Positions 46,093 to 54,414 of a stretch of DNA of 54,414 nt are shown piece by piece; within the stretch, counting starts at the first letter, position 1, and each line of letters starts with the position of its first letter. The DNA comes from Sphaerochaetaceae bacterium. Lineage in GTDB: Bacteria > Spirochaetota > Spirochaetia > Sphaerochaetales > Sphaerochaetaceae. A model generated the notes under the pieces. The model made no database searches. It was not told where the DNA came from and saw only the letters and a program-made list of their open reading frames with translations. The stretch lies in assembly GCA_028691695.1 (NCBI GenBank), contig JAQUYU010000001.1, positions 1-54,414 of the forward strand, given 5' to 3'. The position numbers were made by a program, and so were the translations under genes.

Positions 46093-48329
46093 TTCTTTTC
46101 CTCCTCTTCAGGGTATGAAATCCTGCTGTGGTACCGTCCGGTCAAAGATTCTGAAAGCGATTTGACAACATCATTCAGGTCTGTGATGGACATTCCGCAG
46201 CTGGAAAGCTGTTTGTTCACTATCTTCTTTATCAGGATCATAGTGATCATCTTCTCGATCTTATTCGGAGTAGGCTTGGCAATGCTTCGGCACGCTGCCT
46301 CGCTGCAGTCGGCAAGCATCACAATCGCCTGCTCTGGTGTCTGCGGGGGCTGCCCGAGATAGGCATACTCCTCGATCTTAGGCTCATTGTACTGCTCTGG
46401 GTTCTCTTCATGAAGCTTCATGGCTTCATTATAGAAGTACACCACTACATCGTTTCCATGGTGGTTGCCGATTATGTCAAGCACTTCCTGGGGAAGTCCG
46501 ATCTGCTTGCCCTTCTCCACTCCGAGCTTCACATGGCTCTTGATGATTGCCACCGAAAGGTTGCGGTTGATGTTCTCATGGCTCTGGGCTGCCGGTGAAT
46601 TTCCCAGCAGCGATATGTTCTCAGTGAAATACTCGGCATGGTCGATCTTTCCGATGTCGTGGTACATCGAACCGACTCTTACCAGTGCTGCATTCGCACC
46701 TACAGCCCTTGCAGCAGTCTCGGCAATGTCAGCGACAGCCATGCTGTGGCTGTATGTTCCAGGTGCTTCCTGGCTGAGTCTCTGAAGAATCGGGCTCCGG
46801 GCATTGGCCAGCTCGCGCAGCTTGAACTGCGTCGGGATGTTGAACAGGTCCTCAAGAAGCGGCAGAAGCGCTGACACCACGACGAACGAAAGCAGAATGT
46901 TGAACAGATCATACAAAGCGCCCATCATGAATCCCGACAGGGATGATTTCCTGAGAAGGAACCAGATGAAAAGGTACAGGAAGCTCAGCGCAAGCGTTAT
47001 TGCCCACTGAATCACAAGATCCCGTCTCTTGCTGAGGAATGTAATCAGGTAGACGCATGACACCGAACCAAGTACACAGAGGAAGAAAGACGAATAATCC
47101 GCACCGGGCATTATGCAGACTGCCGATGAAAGCAGGAAGCTGCAAACTGCACCCAGGCTCTTGCGGTCAGAAAGAAGAGCCACAAGCAGCGGCACGAAGA
47201 ACACAGGCATCACCACTTCGAAAAGAGGAAGGGAAAGAGCCTTGTAAATCTTGTATCCGAAGAACGCCAGCACCGAAGTTATTATGCTTCCCACGAGGAA
47301 AACAAGGAAGAACTCGAACTTATGAAGGCTCCTCCTCGCAAAGTAATCGAACATGACAACGGCAATGCCGGTCAGAATGACCATAAGAAGAATCGAACCG
47401 ACAATCTTCACCTTGGAAACCGAGCTCTTCTGCTGGGAAAGCAGGAGCAGAACCCTGCTGCTCTCTTCAGATATTATCGTATTCTGCTCAACGATGATCT
47501 GATTTGGCACAAGCGTGTACACGACTTTTGCAGTTTCAGGATCCACCTCGCTCTGAAGAGCCTGAGTAAGAACTGCATTGTATTTCATGTTCGGAACGGC
47601 AATTGCCTCGACTACCTGCGAAATAGCCTCGATCTGGCCTTCACTAAGAGTATCATTGAGCGAAGAAAGCTGGAACGAAACGAAGCCGGAAACGCCAGTT
47701 CGGACGAGCGCCCTGTTCTTCATCATCTTCTGATACTCAGAGCTTTCCTGGTCAAACGAATACAGCAGGTTGAGCATCGAGAATGAAGATGCACTGGCTG
47801 CAAGCTCATCCGAGTCGAAAAGCCCAGTGGTGCTTACCTTCTGCGCCATGTCATAGATCAGAGCTCCGAACTTTTCCGGATCAGCGGAAAGCTCAGCATA
47901 TGCCGCCGCAGCAATTTCATAGGAAACATTAATGCCTTGAACTGTCTGGATGAACGAATCCTCATCCGATTTCAAAGCCTTTGCAACTTCAGAAGCATTC
48001 TGAAGCGACTTGAGGCAGGCTGCCATATCATTTGAGAATACAGGCGGAATCATCTGCTGAGCCTTCTTCAGGGCAATATCAGAAGCTTCCTGATCCACCA
48101 GATAGTAGGAAGCATCGGAAACGACTGATTCGGAGGCCAGATACCCAGGCTTCATTGCATCATAATAATCTCCGTACTGCTCGCTCTTGTTCTGGTAAAG
48201 AGAGAAGAACAGAACGGAAACACAGATGCAGAATGCAAGAGAGAGGCACAGCACGGTAATCACCTGGCCTTTCTTCATGCCTGAAAACAGCTTTTCCCAG
48301 AAGTCATTTGTTCTTTTCATATGCATCAA
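46089..48329 (-). CDS. 7TM-receptor / HD-domain phosphohydrolase (PgpH/YqfF-like)
   Basis: 746 aa. An extracellular N-terminal domain is followed by about 7 TM helices and a C-terminal HD domain (HSMAVADIAE...MYHDIGK...GNHHG). The start is ambiguous among 48329, 48320 and 48278. Confidence 0.8.
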   Translation of the reverse strand: MMHMKRTNDFWEKLFSGMKKGQVITVLCLSLAFCICVSVLFFSLYQNKSEQYGDYYDAMKPGYLASESVVSDASYYLVDQEASDIALKKAQQMIPPVFSNDMAACLKSLQNASEVAKALKSDEDSFIQTVQGINVSYEIAAAAYAELSADPEKFGALIYDMAQKVSTTGLFDSDELAASASSFSMLNLLYSFDQESSEYQKMMKNRALVRTGVSGFVSFQLSSLNDTLSEGQIEAISQVVEAIAVPNMKYNAVLTQALQSEVDPETAKVVYTLVPNQIIVEQNTIISEESSRVLLLLSQQKSSVSKVKIVGSILLMVILTGIAVVMFDYFARRSLHKFEFFLVFLVGSIITSVLAFFGYKIYKALSLPLFEVVMPVFFVPLLVALLSDRKSLGAVCSFLLSSAVCIMPGADYSSFFLCVLGSVSCVYLITFLSKRRDLVIQWAITLALSFLYLFIWFLLRKSSLSGFMMGALYDLFNILLSFVVVSALLPLLEDLFNIPTQFKLRELANARSPILQRLSQEAPGTYSHSMAVADIAETAARAVGANAALVRVGSMYHDIGKIDHAEYFTENISLLGNSPAAQSHENINRNLSVAIIKSHVKLGVEKGKQIGLPQEVLDIIGNHHGNDVVVYFYNEAMKLHEENPEQYNEPKIEEYAYLGQPPQTPEQAIVMLADCSEAACRSIAKPTPNKIEKMITMILIKKIVNKQLSSCGMSITDLNDVVKSLSESLTGRYHSRISYPEEEEKK

Positions 48330-49263
48330 CTATCCTTTGGACTATCCTTGATCGAACAACATCCTGAGAATGGAAATTCACGAAGCTTATTCCCTCTATT
48401 CCCTGCAGGATGGACATTGCATGAACCAGACCCGAAACCTTGTTTCTAGGAAGGTCGGTCTGGGTTATATCACCGGTGATTATTGCCGAGGAATCCTCTC
48501 CAAGCCTGGTGAGGAACATCTTCATCTGCTCCACAGTAGTGTTCTGCGCCTCATCGAGAATGATGCAGGCATGGTGAAGGCTTCGGCCCCTCATGTAGGC
48601 AAGAGGAGCAATCTCAATCATGTCGCTGTCTTCAAGACGCTTGATCATCTGAGGAGAAATCATGAATTCCATTGAATCATAAAGAGGCTTCAGATAAGGA
48701 TTGAGCTTCTGAGCAAGATCCCCTGGAAGGAATCCCAGGGACTCGCCCGCCTCTACCACGGGACGCGAAAGAATAAGCTTCTGCCGCTTTCCGCTAATGA
48801 TCTGAGCAAGGCAGTACGCAACAGCCAGGAACGTCTTGCCTGTTCCGGCAGGCCCTACTGCAAATGTGATCTGAGAATCAGAGATTGAGCGAAGATACCT
48901 TTTCTGAGTCCTGCTCTTTGGGAATACCGAGCGGTTTCCTAAATTGATGACATAAGAACCGGATTCAATCTCAGGCTCTTCCTGGCTTTTCGGAAACTGG
49001 AGATTTGAAAGGAGGCTTTGGTACTCCATGAAGATCTCAGACTCAGTGATTGGAGAATTCTCAGCTGCAAGGGCTTCAAGCTTCTTGGCCAGAGCACAGA
49101 ACATGTCGCCGACGCTTTCATTGGCTCCATCATAGATCAGGCTGTCTCCCCTAAGGTATATGGTGGTATCAAGCAGATTCTCCATATAAGGTATGTTTGC
49201 ATCGTTTGCCCCGCATACGATGCTGAGGATGCCCTGATCTTCAAAAGTTACTGTTCTGCTCAA
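48304..49263 (-). CDS. phoH: PhoH family ATPase
   Basis: 319 aa. Walker A is GPAGTGKTFLA and Walker B is ILDEAQN, followed by a GDITQTDLP segment. Confidence 0.9.
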   Translation of the reverse strand: MSRTVTFEDQGILSIVCGANDANIPYMENLLDTTIYLRGDSLIYDGANESVGDMFCALAKKLEALAAENSPITESEIFMEYQSLLSNLQFPKSQEEPEIESGSYVINLGNRSVFPKSRTQKRYLRSISDSQITFAVGPAGTGKTFLAVAYCLAQIISGKRQKLILSRPVVEAGESLGFLPGDLAQKLNPYLKPLYDSMEFMISPQMIKRLEDSDMIEIAPLAYMRGRSLHHACIILDEAQNTTVEQMKMFLTRLGEDSSAIITGDITQTDLPRNKVSGLVHAMSILQGIEGISFVNFHSQDVVRSRIVQRIVDAYEKNK

Positions 49264-49274
49264 ATGATTCTCTC

Positions 49275-52200
49275 CTAGTCATCTTCCGAACTCCAATCGT
49301 TTTCAACCTTTATATCCGGAATTGCACGCCATTGGATGTAGAAGGAAGCAGTCTGCTCCCAGACCCAGCTTCCATCAGATAATACAACGCTGGCATTGTA
49401 TTTGCAATGGAAATCCCAATCTTTCATGTAATGGACAAGCTCGAATTTCATCCCTGAAAGATTGAAGCTAGTGTTGCTGCGTCCGTCTCCGAAGAAATCA
49501 AAAGAACGGCCAAGATCCGACAGAAGGCTCGAGAAAACGAACTTTCCATTCTCATCGAAGTAATTGTAGAATCCATTGTTCTGCGAGGCTACCGAGAATG
49601 TGATGTCGGTGAATTCCGCTATTGAGAACTTCATGTCAAGAGATGCTGCGAGGCTTGAAGCATACATGTTCTGGAAGCTGTAGAGGAAGTCAAGGTTAAG
49701 CGAGATTTCTGCATTTATCCGGCTTTTCCAGAATGAGAAGCGCACCTTGGAAAGATTGACCTTAGTTTCAAGCTCGCCCGGCCTCAATGCCCAGTTTCCA
49801 GCATCGTTCTCATAGCCTTCCAGCACAAGAGAAAGAAGGCTCTTGCGGTATGAAAGCATAAGATCAAGACTCTGGATCTGAAGCTTCCCTTCCGCCTTGA
49901 GCTTATTGGACAGATTGAGCCCATCTTTCCAGAAATAAACAGAGAAGGACTGATCCAGCTCAAGCGAATCCCAGCTTTCATCCATCTTCGAGAAGTCATA
50001 CTCCCCTGAGGCAGCGAAATTCACAAGGCCTCGAGACAACCCGAAGCTCGCCGAGATCAGAGACGGCGAAAGAAATGATGAACCGCTTTCGATGAACTTC
50101 TGCGAAGCCTTGGCAGTGATCCCATCATATGAATAGGAAACTGCAGGGGTAAGCGTCTGCTGAAGCGGGGGCAGGCTCTGGGCAAGCGACAATGTCAGAC
50201 GACCGATCGGAAGACTCAGCGACAGCTTGTGGGTGCTTACATTTGTGCTGTTCCATTCAAATAGCCCGGTATCCTTGCCTTTCTGGTATTCAAATATCTT
50301 CCAGTTCATGTTATAAGTCAAGCCTAAGAAAGGAATTGAAGCCTGAAGCTTGTTTGTTATCCGTCCGCTGTCCGTACCGTTGCTGTATTCATACCATGGA
50401 ACGATGCTGTCACTCAGGGCAAACAGCCGGTCTCCGAGCGAAGTGCCTATAGCCAGTTCGCCGTCGGTCTGGTAATAGACAGTCTGCTTGTCATCCTCGT
50501 CGATCTTGTTGGAGAAATCCTGATCCCAGCCATATGATATGGAAAAGCTGTTGCTGTACGATGAACCAGACGAGCTGGAGGCCGGCGAAGTGAACAGGTT
50601 CAGATCAGAAATCGGAAAAGCAGCAGTGCCGGAAGCAGCATCAAGGCTGTCAAGAGAAAGCAGCATTGCAGCTGCATCAGAATTGCGATAGCTCTTTTTA
50701 GATGAAGTTTTCTTCTCATGCGTTTTCGAGATATCAGCAATTGTTCCAGAAACAGAAGTCGAAAGAGCCGGAAGCTTTGCCGAATCGAGGACATATTTCT
50801 TCAGATTGGAATCATATTCGAACTCAAGCAGCACATTCAGGGGATCAATCTTCGCTTTCTTGACAAGCTTGCCATTCCAGCTGGAAGGAAGAGACGCCGA
50901 TGCATTGAGTGTCCAGTCAAACTGGGAAATCGTTCCTGCCGTTGTCGGGAAAGATTGCTCGGTTCCAACAAGCGCATCCATCGTGAACGTGCTCAGCCGG
51001 TTGCCGTACTGCTTGTACACAGTCTTGTCGCTGTAGTACGGGATGCTGAACTTGACTTTGAGATAATCAAGGTTCACCTCTCCGCTTGTACGCTCGAAAT
51101 ACCTTAATGCTGGATTATCCGAAGAAGGATCCAAGGCAACGCCTGAAAATGAATCAAGTTTTATCTTCTTTGAGGCAAAGCTGTTATGAGTCTGGATGCC
51201 AGCAAAGAGCCCGCCAATCTGGTAAACATCGGCAACCAGGGCCATATAGCTTCCGGACTCGGCAGCCCATGATTCAATGCTGCTTTGCTTCTCGCCTTCC
51301 TCAAGCGAACGGTACGTCAGTCCATCGCGGACAGTCTGTCCAGACTGGTCTGTCATTAGAAGAGAAGCAAATGAAGAAGCATCATCCCCTGACGCCCCTG
51401 ATACAGGAAACGATCCATAAAGCTCTGTTGTCGTATTCAGGAACATTCCGCGGTCCGAAGCAAGCCCGATCGCCGGATTGAACACAAGCCTCGTTCCTGG
51501 GTAGAAGAAAGCCGGAACCCACATCACAGGCACCCGTCCTATCTTCAGCGTCGCATTGAAGATGAACATGTCCCCGCCGCCTAGAAGCGCAGTCTTGGCC
51601 GAATCTATGCTCCAGTATGGATCATCAGGGCTTGTAGCTATCTTTGCTTGGTCAAACACCACCACATCTTCGCCACCGAGGTATGAGATCGTTGAACCGG
51701 TGGCATAGAACTCGACTTTTTCACCTTCGTTGTTGGTACGCTGAGAGCTCACGTCGCCGCCTGACAGCTGGACATCCATCGTATCCCAGCTGTAGCTCAC
51801 GATGTCTCCGAGCAGCATCTGTCGGGAAGCATCATTCTCCTCGGCATCGTTGAATGCTGCATTGCCCATTGCAGTGAGGATCTTGCTGTTCATGTCGAGA
51901 ACGATCCTGTCCGCAGAAAGCGTCTTCGGAGTCTGTCCCTCGGATGTGAAGCCCAGCTTCACTCCCCCGTCAAGGACGATGAAGCTCTTGTCCATCGTTA
52001 TCGAAGAGCACTCCTGTATTTCCAGCGTAAATGACGAGGGCGCTTCTCCTTCAGGCTGCTGATGCTCGATGAGATTCCCATCAAGAGAGCCCTCATAGGC
52101 TTCGCTGAGGAATGACTTTACAGAAAGCCGAAGGGCTTCGGCATCTTCGGAAACTGGGAGAGAGTAAGAGCGTGCCATAGTCTGAAGCTGTGAAAGAGAG

Positions 52201-52310
52201 GCATTCTCAATCGAAGACAGAAGCAGCGAGCCTGCGCATAGGACAGCCGCGCCAAAGGCGGCGATTACGAGAATCAATAGGAATTTCTTCTCTGCTCTAG
52301 CGCACATCAA
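49275..52310 (-). CDS. Large outer membrane protein, LptD/OstA-like (putative)
   Basis: 1011 aa with an N-terminal hydrophobic signal or anchor. The OstA-like segment is LSADRIVLDMNSKILTAMGNAAFND. The LptD-like segment is DDPYWSIDSAKTALLGGGDMFIFNATLKIGRVPVMWVPAFFYPG. The long C-terminal half is rich in Ser, Tyr and Phe beta-strands. Confidence 0.5.
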   Translation of the reverse strand: MMCARAEKKFLLILVIAAFGAAVLCAGSLLLSSIENASLSQLQTMARSYSLPVSEDAEALRLSVKSFLSEAYEGSLDGNLIEHQQPEGEAPSSFTLEIQECSSITMDKSFIVLDGGVKLGFTSEGQTPKTLSADRIVLDMNSKILTAMGNAAFNDAEENDASRQMLLGDIVSYSWDTMDVQLSGGDVSSQRTNNEGEKVEFYATGSTISYLGGEDVVVFDQAKIATSPDDPYWSIDSAKTALLGGGDMFIFNATLKIGRVPVMWVPAFFYPGTRLVFNPAIGLASDRGMFLNTTTELYGSFPVSGASGDDASSFASLLMTDQSGQTVRDGLTYRSLEEGEKQSSIESWAAESGSYMALVADVYQIGGLFAGIQTHNSFASKKIKLDSFSGVALDPSSDNPALRYFERTSGEVNLDYLKVKFSIPYYSDKTVYKQYGNRLSTFTMDALVGTEQSFPTTAGTISQFDWTLNASASLPSSWNGKLVKKAKIDPLNVLLEFEYDSNLKKYVLDSAKLPALSTSVSGTIADISKTHEKKTSSKKSYRNSDAAAMLLSLDSLDAASGTAAFPISDLNLFTSPASSSSGSSYSNSFSISYGWDQDFSNKIDEDDKQTVYYQTDGELAIGTSLGDRLFALSDSIVPWYEYSNGTDSGRITNKLQASIPFLGLTYNMNWKIFEYQKGKDTGLFEWNSTNVSTHKLSLSLPIGRLTLSLAQSLPPLQQTLTPAVSYSYDGITAKASQKFIESGSSFLSPSLISASFGLSRGLVNFAASGEYDFSKMDESWDSLELDQSFSVYFWKDGLNLSNKLKAEGKLQIQSLDLMLSYRKSLLSLVLEGYENDAGNWALRPGELETKVNLSKVRFSFWKSRINAEISLNLDFLYSFQNMYASSLAASLDMKFSIAEFTDITFSVASQNNGFYNYFDENGKFVFSSLLSDLGRSFDFFGDGRSNTSFNLSGMKFELVHYMKDWDFHCKYNASVVLSDGSWVWEQTASFYIQWRAIPDIKVENDWSSEDD

Positions 52311-54414
52311 GCATTTTCTTCAGGTAGCGTCCCGTATACGAATCAGGACAGGAAGCGACCTCCTCAGGCGTTCCTGTGCATACGATCTTCCCGCCGCCGT
52401 CTCCTCCTTCTGGTCCGAGATCTATGATGTAATCGGCAAGCTTGATCACATCAAGGTTATGCTCTATCAGGATAACAGTGTTTCCGTTATCTGCAAAGCG
52501 ATTGAGGACTTCCATCAGCTTCTTCACATCTGCAAAATGCAGTCCGGTCGTCGGCTCATCAAGAAAGTACAGGGTCTTTCCTGTGCTGACCTTGGAAAGC
52601 TCAAGGCTGAGCTTCACTCTCTGAGCCTCGCCGCCTGACAGCGTCAGTGCGCTCTGTCCTAGCTTTACGTAATCAAGCCCTACCAGTGACAGCATCCCGA
52701 TCTTCTTCCGAAGCGTTGGAATCGCCGAGAAGAACTCATAGGCCTCTGCCACCGTCATGTCCAGCACATCGCTGATGCTCTTTCCCTTGTACTTGATCGA
52801 AAGAGTCTCCTGATTGTACCGCTTTCCATGGCAGACATCGCATTTGACATAGACATCCGAGAGGAACTGCATCTCGATCTTGGTAGTTCCATCGCCCTTG
52901 CAGGTCTCGCAGCGGCCGCCCGAGACATTGAACGAGAACCTTCCCGGGCCGTAGCCGCGGGCCTTGCTCTCAGGAAGCGATGCAAACAGGTCTCGGATTG
53001 CATTGAAGAACCCATCATAGGTGGCAGGATTGCTTCTTGGAGTCCTTCCGATAGGAGTCTGATCGATGCTGATGACCTTGTCGATGTTCTCAAGACCGGA
53101 TATGCTCCGGTACCCGTCAAACTCCTCGCGCCGTCGGTTGAAGTACCTTTTGAGCGCAGGAATCAGGATCTGATTCAGAAGAGTGCTCTTGCCGCTTCCC
53201 GAAACTCCAGTTACTACAATCATCTTTCCAAGAGGAAACTCTACATCTATGCCATTGATGTTGTTCTTTCTTGCACCTCGCAGCCAGATAGACTTTCCGT
53301 TTCCGGGACGTCTGAGAAGAGGAATAGGAATCTGAAGAATGCCGGAGAGGAACTGACCGGTTATGCTTGCAGGGTTTCGGGAGATTTCCTCTGGAGTGCC
53401 CTGTGCTACTACATATCCGCCGTTCTCCCCTGCTCCGGGACCCATGTCCACCACGTAGTCGGCCTGCCGGATGGTATCCTCGTCATGCTCGACGACAATA
53501 ACTGTGTTTCCAAGGTCCCGAAGGTCCTTCAGTGCATTGATCAGCTTCTGGTTGTCACGCTGATGAAGCCCGATTGAAGGTTCGTCCAGAACGTACATGA
53601 CGCCGCTCAAAGCCGATCCAAGCTGGGAAGCGAGCCTGATCCTCTGCGCTTCCCCTCCTGAAAGGGTCGCAGCGCTTCGCGAAAGAGTCAGGTAATCCAG
53701 CCCTGTATTCCTCAGAAACACAAGCCGTGAAAGGATTTCCTTCTTGATCTGGGCGGCAATCTTATTCTCGCTCTCGGAAAGATTGAGCTTCTCAAAGAAC
53801 GCAATTGAATCCTTGACGCTCATGTCGGAAAGATCCATGATGTTGATTCCTGCAACTGTGACGCCAAGCGATTCCGGCTTGAGACGCCTGCCGTGGCAGA
53901 CATCGCACTCCGACGAACTCTGGAACTGGGCAAGCCACGCCTTTATCATCATCGAATTGGTCTCTGCCATCCTGCGCTTCAGATCGCCGATGACGCCGTA
54001 CCACTTCTTCTGTCCATTGTATGAGAAGCCCTCGCTCTGGTTCACATGTACGTTCAGCTTCTCGTTGAATCCGTAGAGGATAGTATTCACGATATCAGGA
54101 TCCAGATCGCAGAAAGGAGTGTCGAGCGAGAACCCGAGCTTGTCGGCAAGCGCCTGGAATGTCGCCCGCCCGAAGTAGGCATCCGGGTTGAGGGACTTGA
54201 TTGCCCCTTGGTTGAAGCTCAGACGATAGTCAGGAATGATCTTTGCAGGGTCGAATTCAGTCTTGAATCCAAGCCCGTTGCATTCCTTGCAGGCCCCGAA
54301 CGGGCTGTTGAAGCTGAACATCCTCGGCTGAAGCTCACCGACGCTGATCCCGCACTCCGGGCAGCTGTTCATCTCTGAGAACACTGTGAACTCGGTCTCG
54401 CCATCGCCCTCGGG
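52297..54414 (-). CDS. uvrA: Excinuclease ABC subunit A (5' end lies outside the window)
   Basis: Zinc finger motifs are CPECGISV...CKECNGLG and CETCKGDG...CDVCHGKRY. Walker A is GVSGSGKSTL. ABC signatures are LSGGEAQRIRLA and LSGGEAQRVKLS. The frame stays open to the window edge, so the Met at 54384 is internal. Confidence 0.95.
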   Translation of the reverse strand, partial: PEGDGETEFTVFSEMNSCPECGISVGELQPRMFSFNSPFGACKECNGLGFKTEFDPAKIIPDYRLSFNQGAIKSLNPDAYFGRATFQALADKLGFSLDTPFCDLDPDIVNTILYGFNEKLNVHVNQSEGFSYNGQKKWYGVIGDLKRRMAETNSMMIKAWLAQFQSSSECDVCHGRRLKPESLGVTVAGINIMDLSDMSVKDSIAFFEKLNLSESENKIAAQIKKEILSRLVFLRNTGLDYLTLSRSAATLSGGEAQRIRLASQLGSALSGVMYVLDEPSIGLHQRDNQKLINALKDLRDLGNTVIVVEHDEDTIRQADYVVDMGPGAGENGGYVVAQGTPEEISRNPASITGQFLSGILQIPIPLLRRPGNGKSIWLRGARKNNINGIDVEFPLGKMIVVTGVSGSGKSTLLNQILIPALKRYFNRRREEFDGYRSISGLENIDKVISIDQTPIGRTPRSNPATYDGFFNAIRDLFASLPESKARGYGPGRFSFNVSGGRCETCKGDGTTKIEMQFLSDVYVKCDVCHGKRYNQETLSIKYKGKSISDVLDMTVAEAYEFFSAIPTLRKKIGMLSLVGLDYVKLGQSALTLSGGEAQRVKLSLELSKVSTGKTLYFLDEPTTGLHFADVKKLMEVLNRFADNGNTVILIEHNLDVIKLADYIIDLGPEGGDGGGKIVCTGTPEEVASCPDSYTGRYLKKMLDVR

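Noticed and set aside
52297-54384. Met at 54384 as the uvrA start (695 aa ORF in the track)
   Set aside because: The sequence at that Met (MFSEMNSCPECGISV..) is the internal zinc-finger region of UvrA. The first ATPase module and Walker A are missing, and the frame remains open to the window edge. The gene is truncated by the window, not a short uvrA.

Overview
A 54.4 kb chromosomal segment from a diderm bacterium. It is densely packed and mostly encoded on the minus strand. I support about 47 protein-coding genes, one tmRNA, several intrinsic terminators and a few candidate promoters or operators. I saw no rRNA, tRNA, CRISPR array, transposase or integrase.

Most of the window is housekeeping:
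- comF-mutS-bamA-tamB, ilvE, tmk, queA-ruvB-ruvA-ruvC-yebC, hemW-lepB, smpB-ssrA
- typA, cobB-miaB-folD, map-nusB-ppiC
- secG-tpiA-pgk-gap
- corC-ybeY-pgpH-phoH, an LptD-like protein, and uvrA (truncated at the window edge)

The accessory or unusual parts are:
1. A three-gene module at 25.3-28.0 kb. A caspase-like lipoprotein with both catalytic residues substituted is followed by a small beta-barrel outer membrane protein (OMP), then a paralogous caspase-like lipoprotein with an intact His/Cys dyad.
2. A strand-asymmetric, T-depleted tandem-repeat locus at 11.94-12.67 kb between ilvE and tmk. Almost every frame is open there for compositional reasons. The one protein-like frame is an acidic repeat interrupted by two TAA codons that replace the consensus CAA. 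A related 2 x 75 bp repeat in inverted orientation runs into the 5' end of ilvE.
3. A cluster of AAGGT(C/A) direct repeats between the ssrA terminator and a ZIP metal transporter gene.
4. A roughly 0.65 kb AT-rich non-coding gap at 34.9-35.5 kb containing a 25-codon hydrophobic ORF with a strong Shine-Dalgarno (SD) sequence.
5. A YtrA-type GntR/ABC operon with a perfect palindromic operator candidate over its promoter.

All functional calls come from motif recognition in the supplied translations. No database search was possible.
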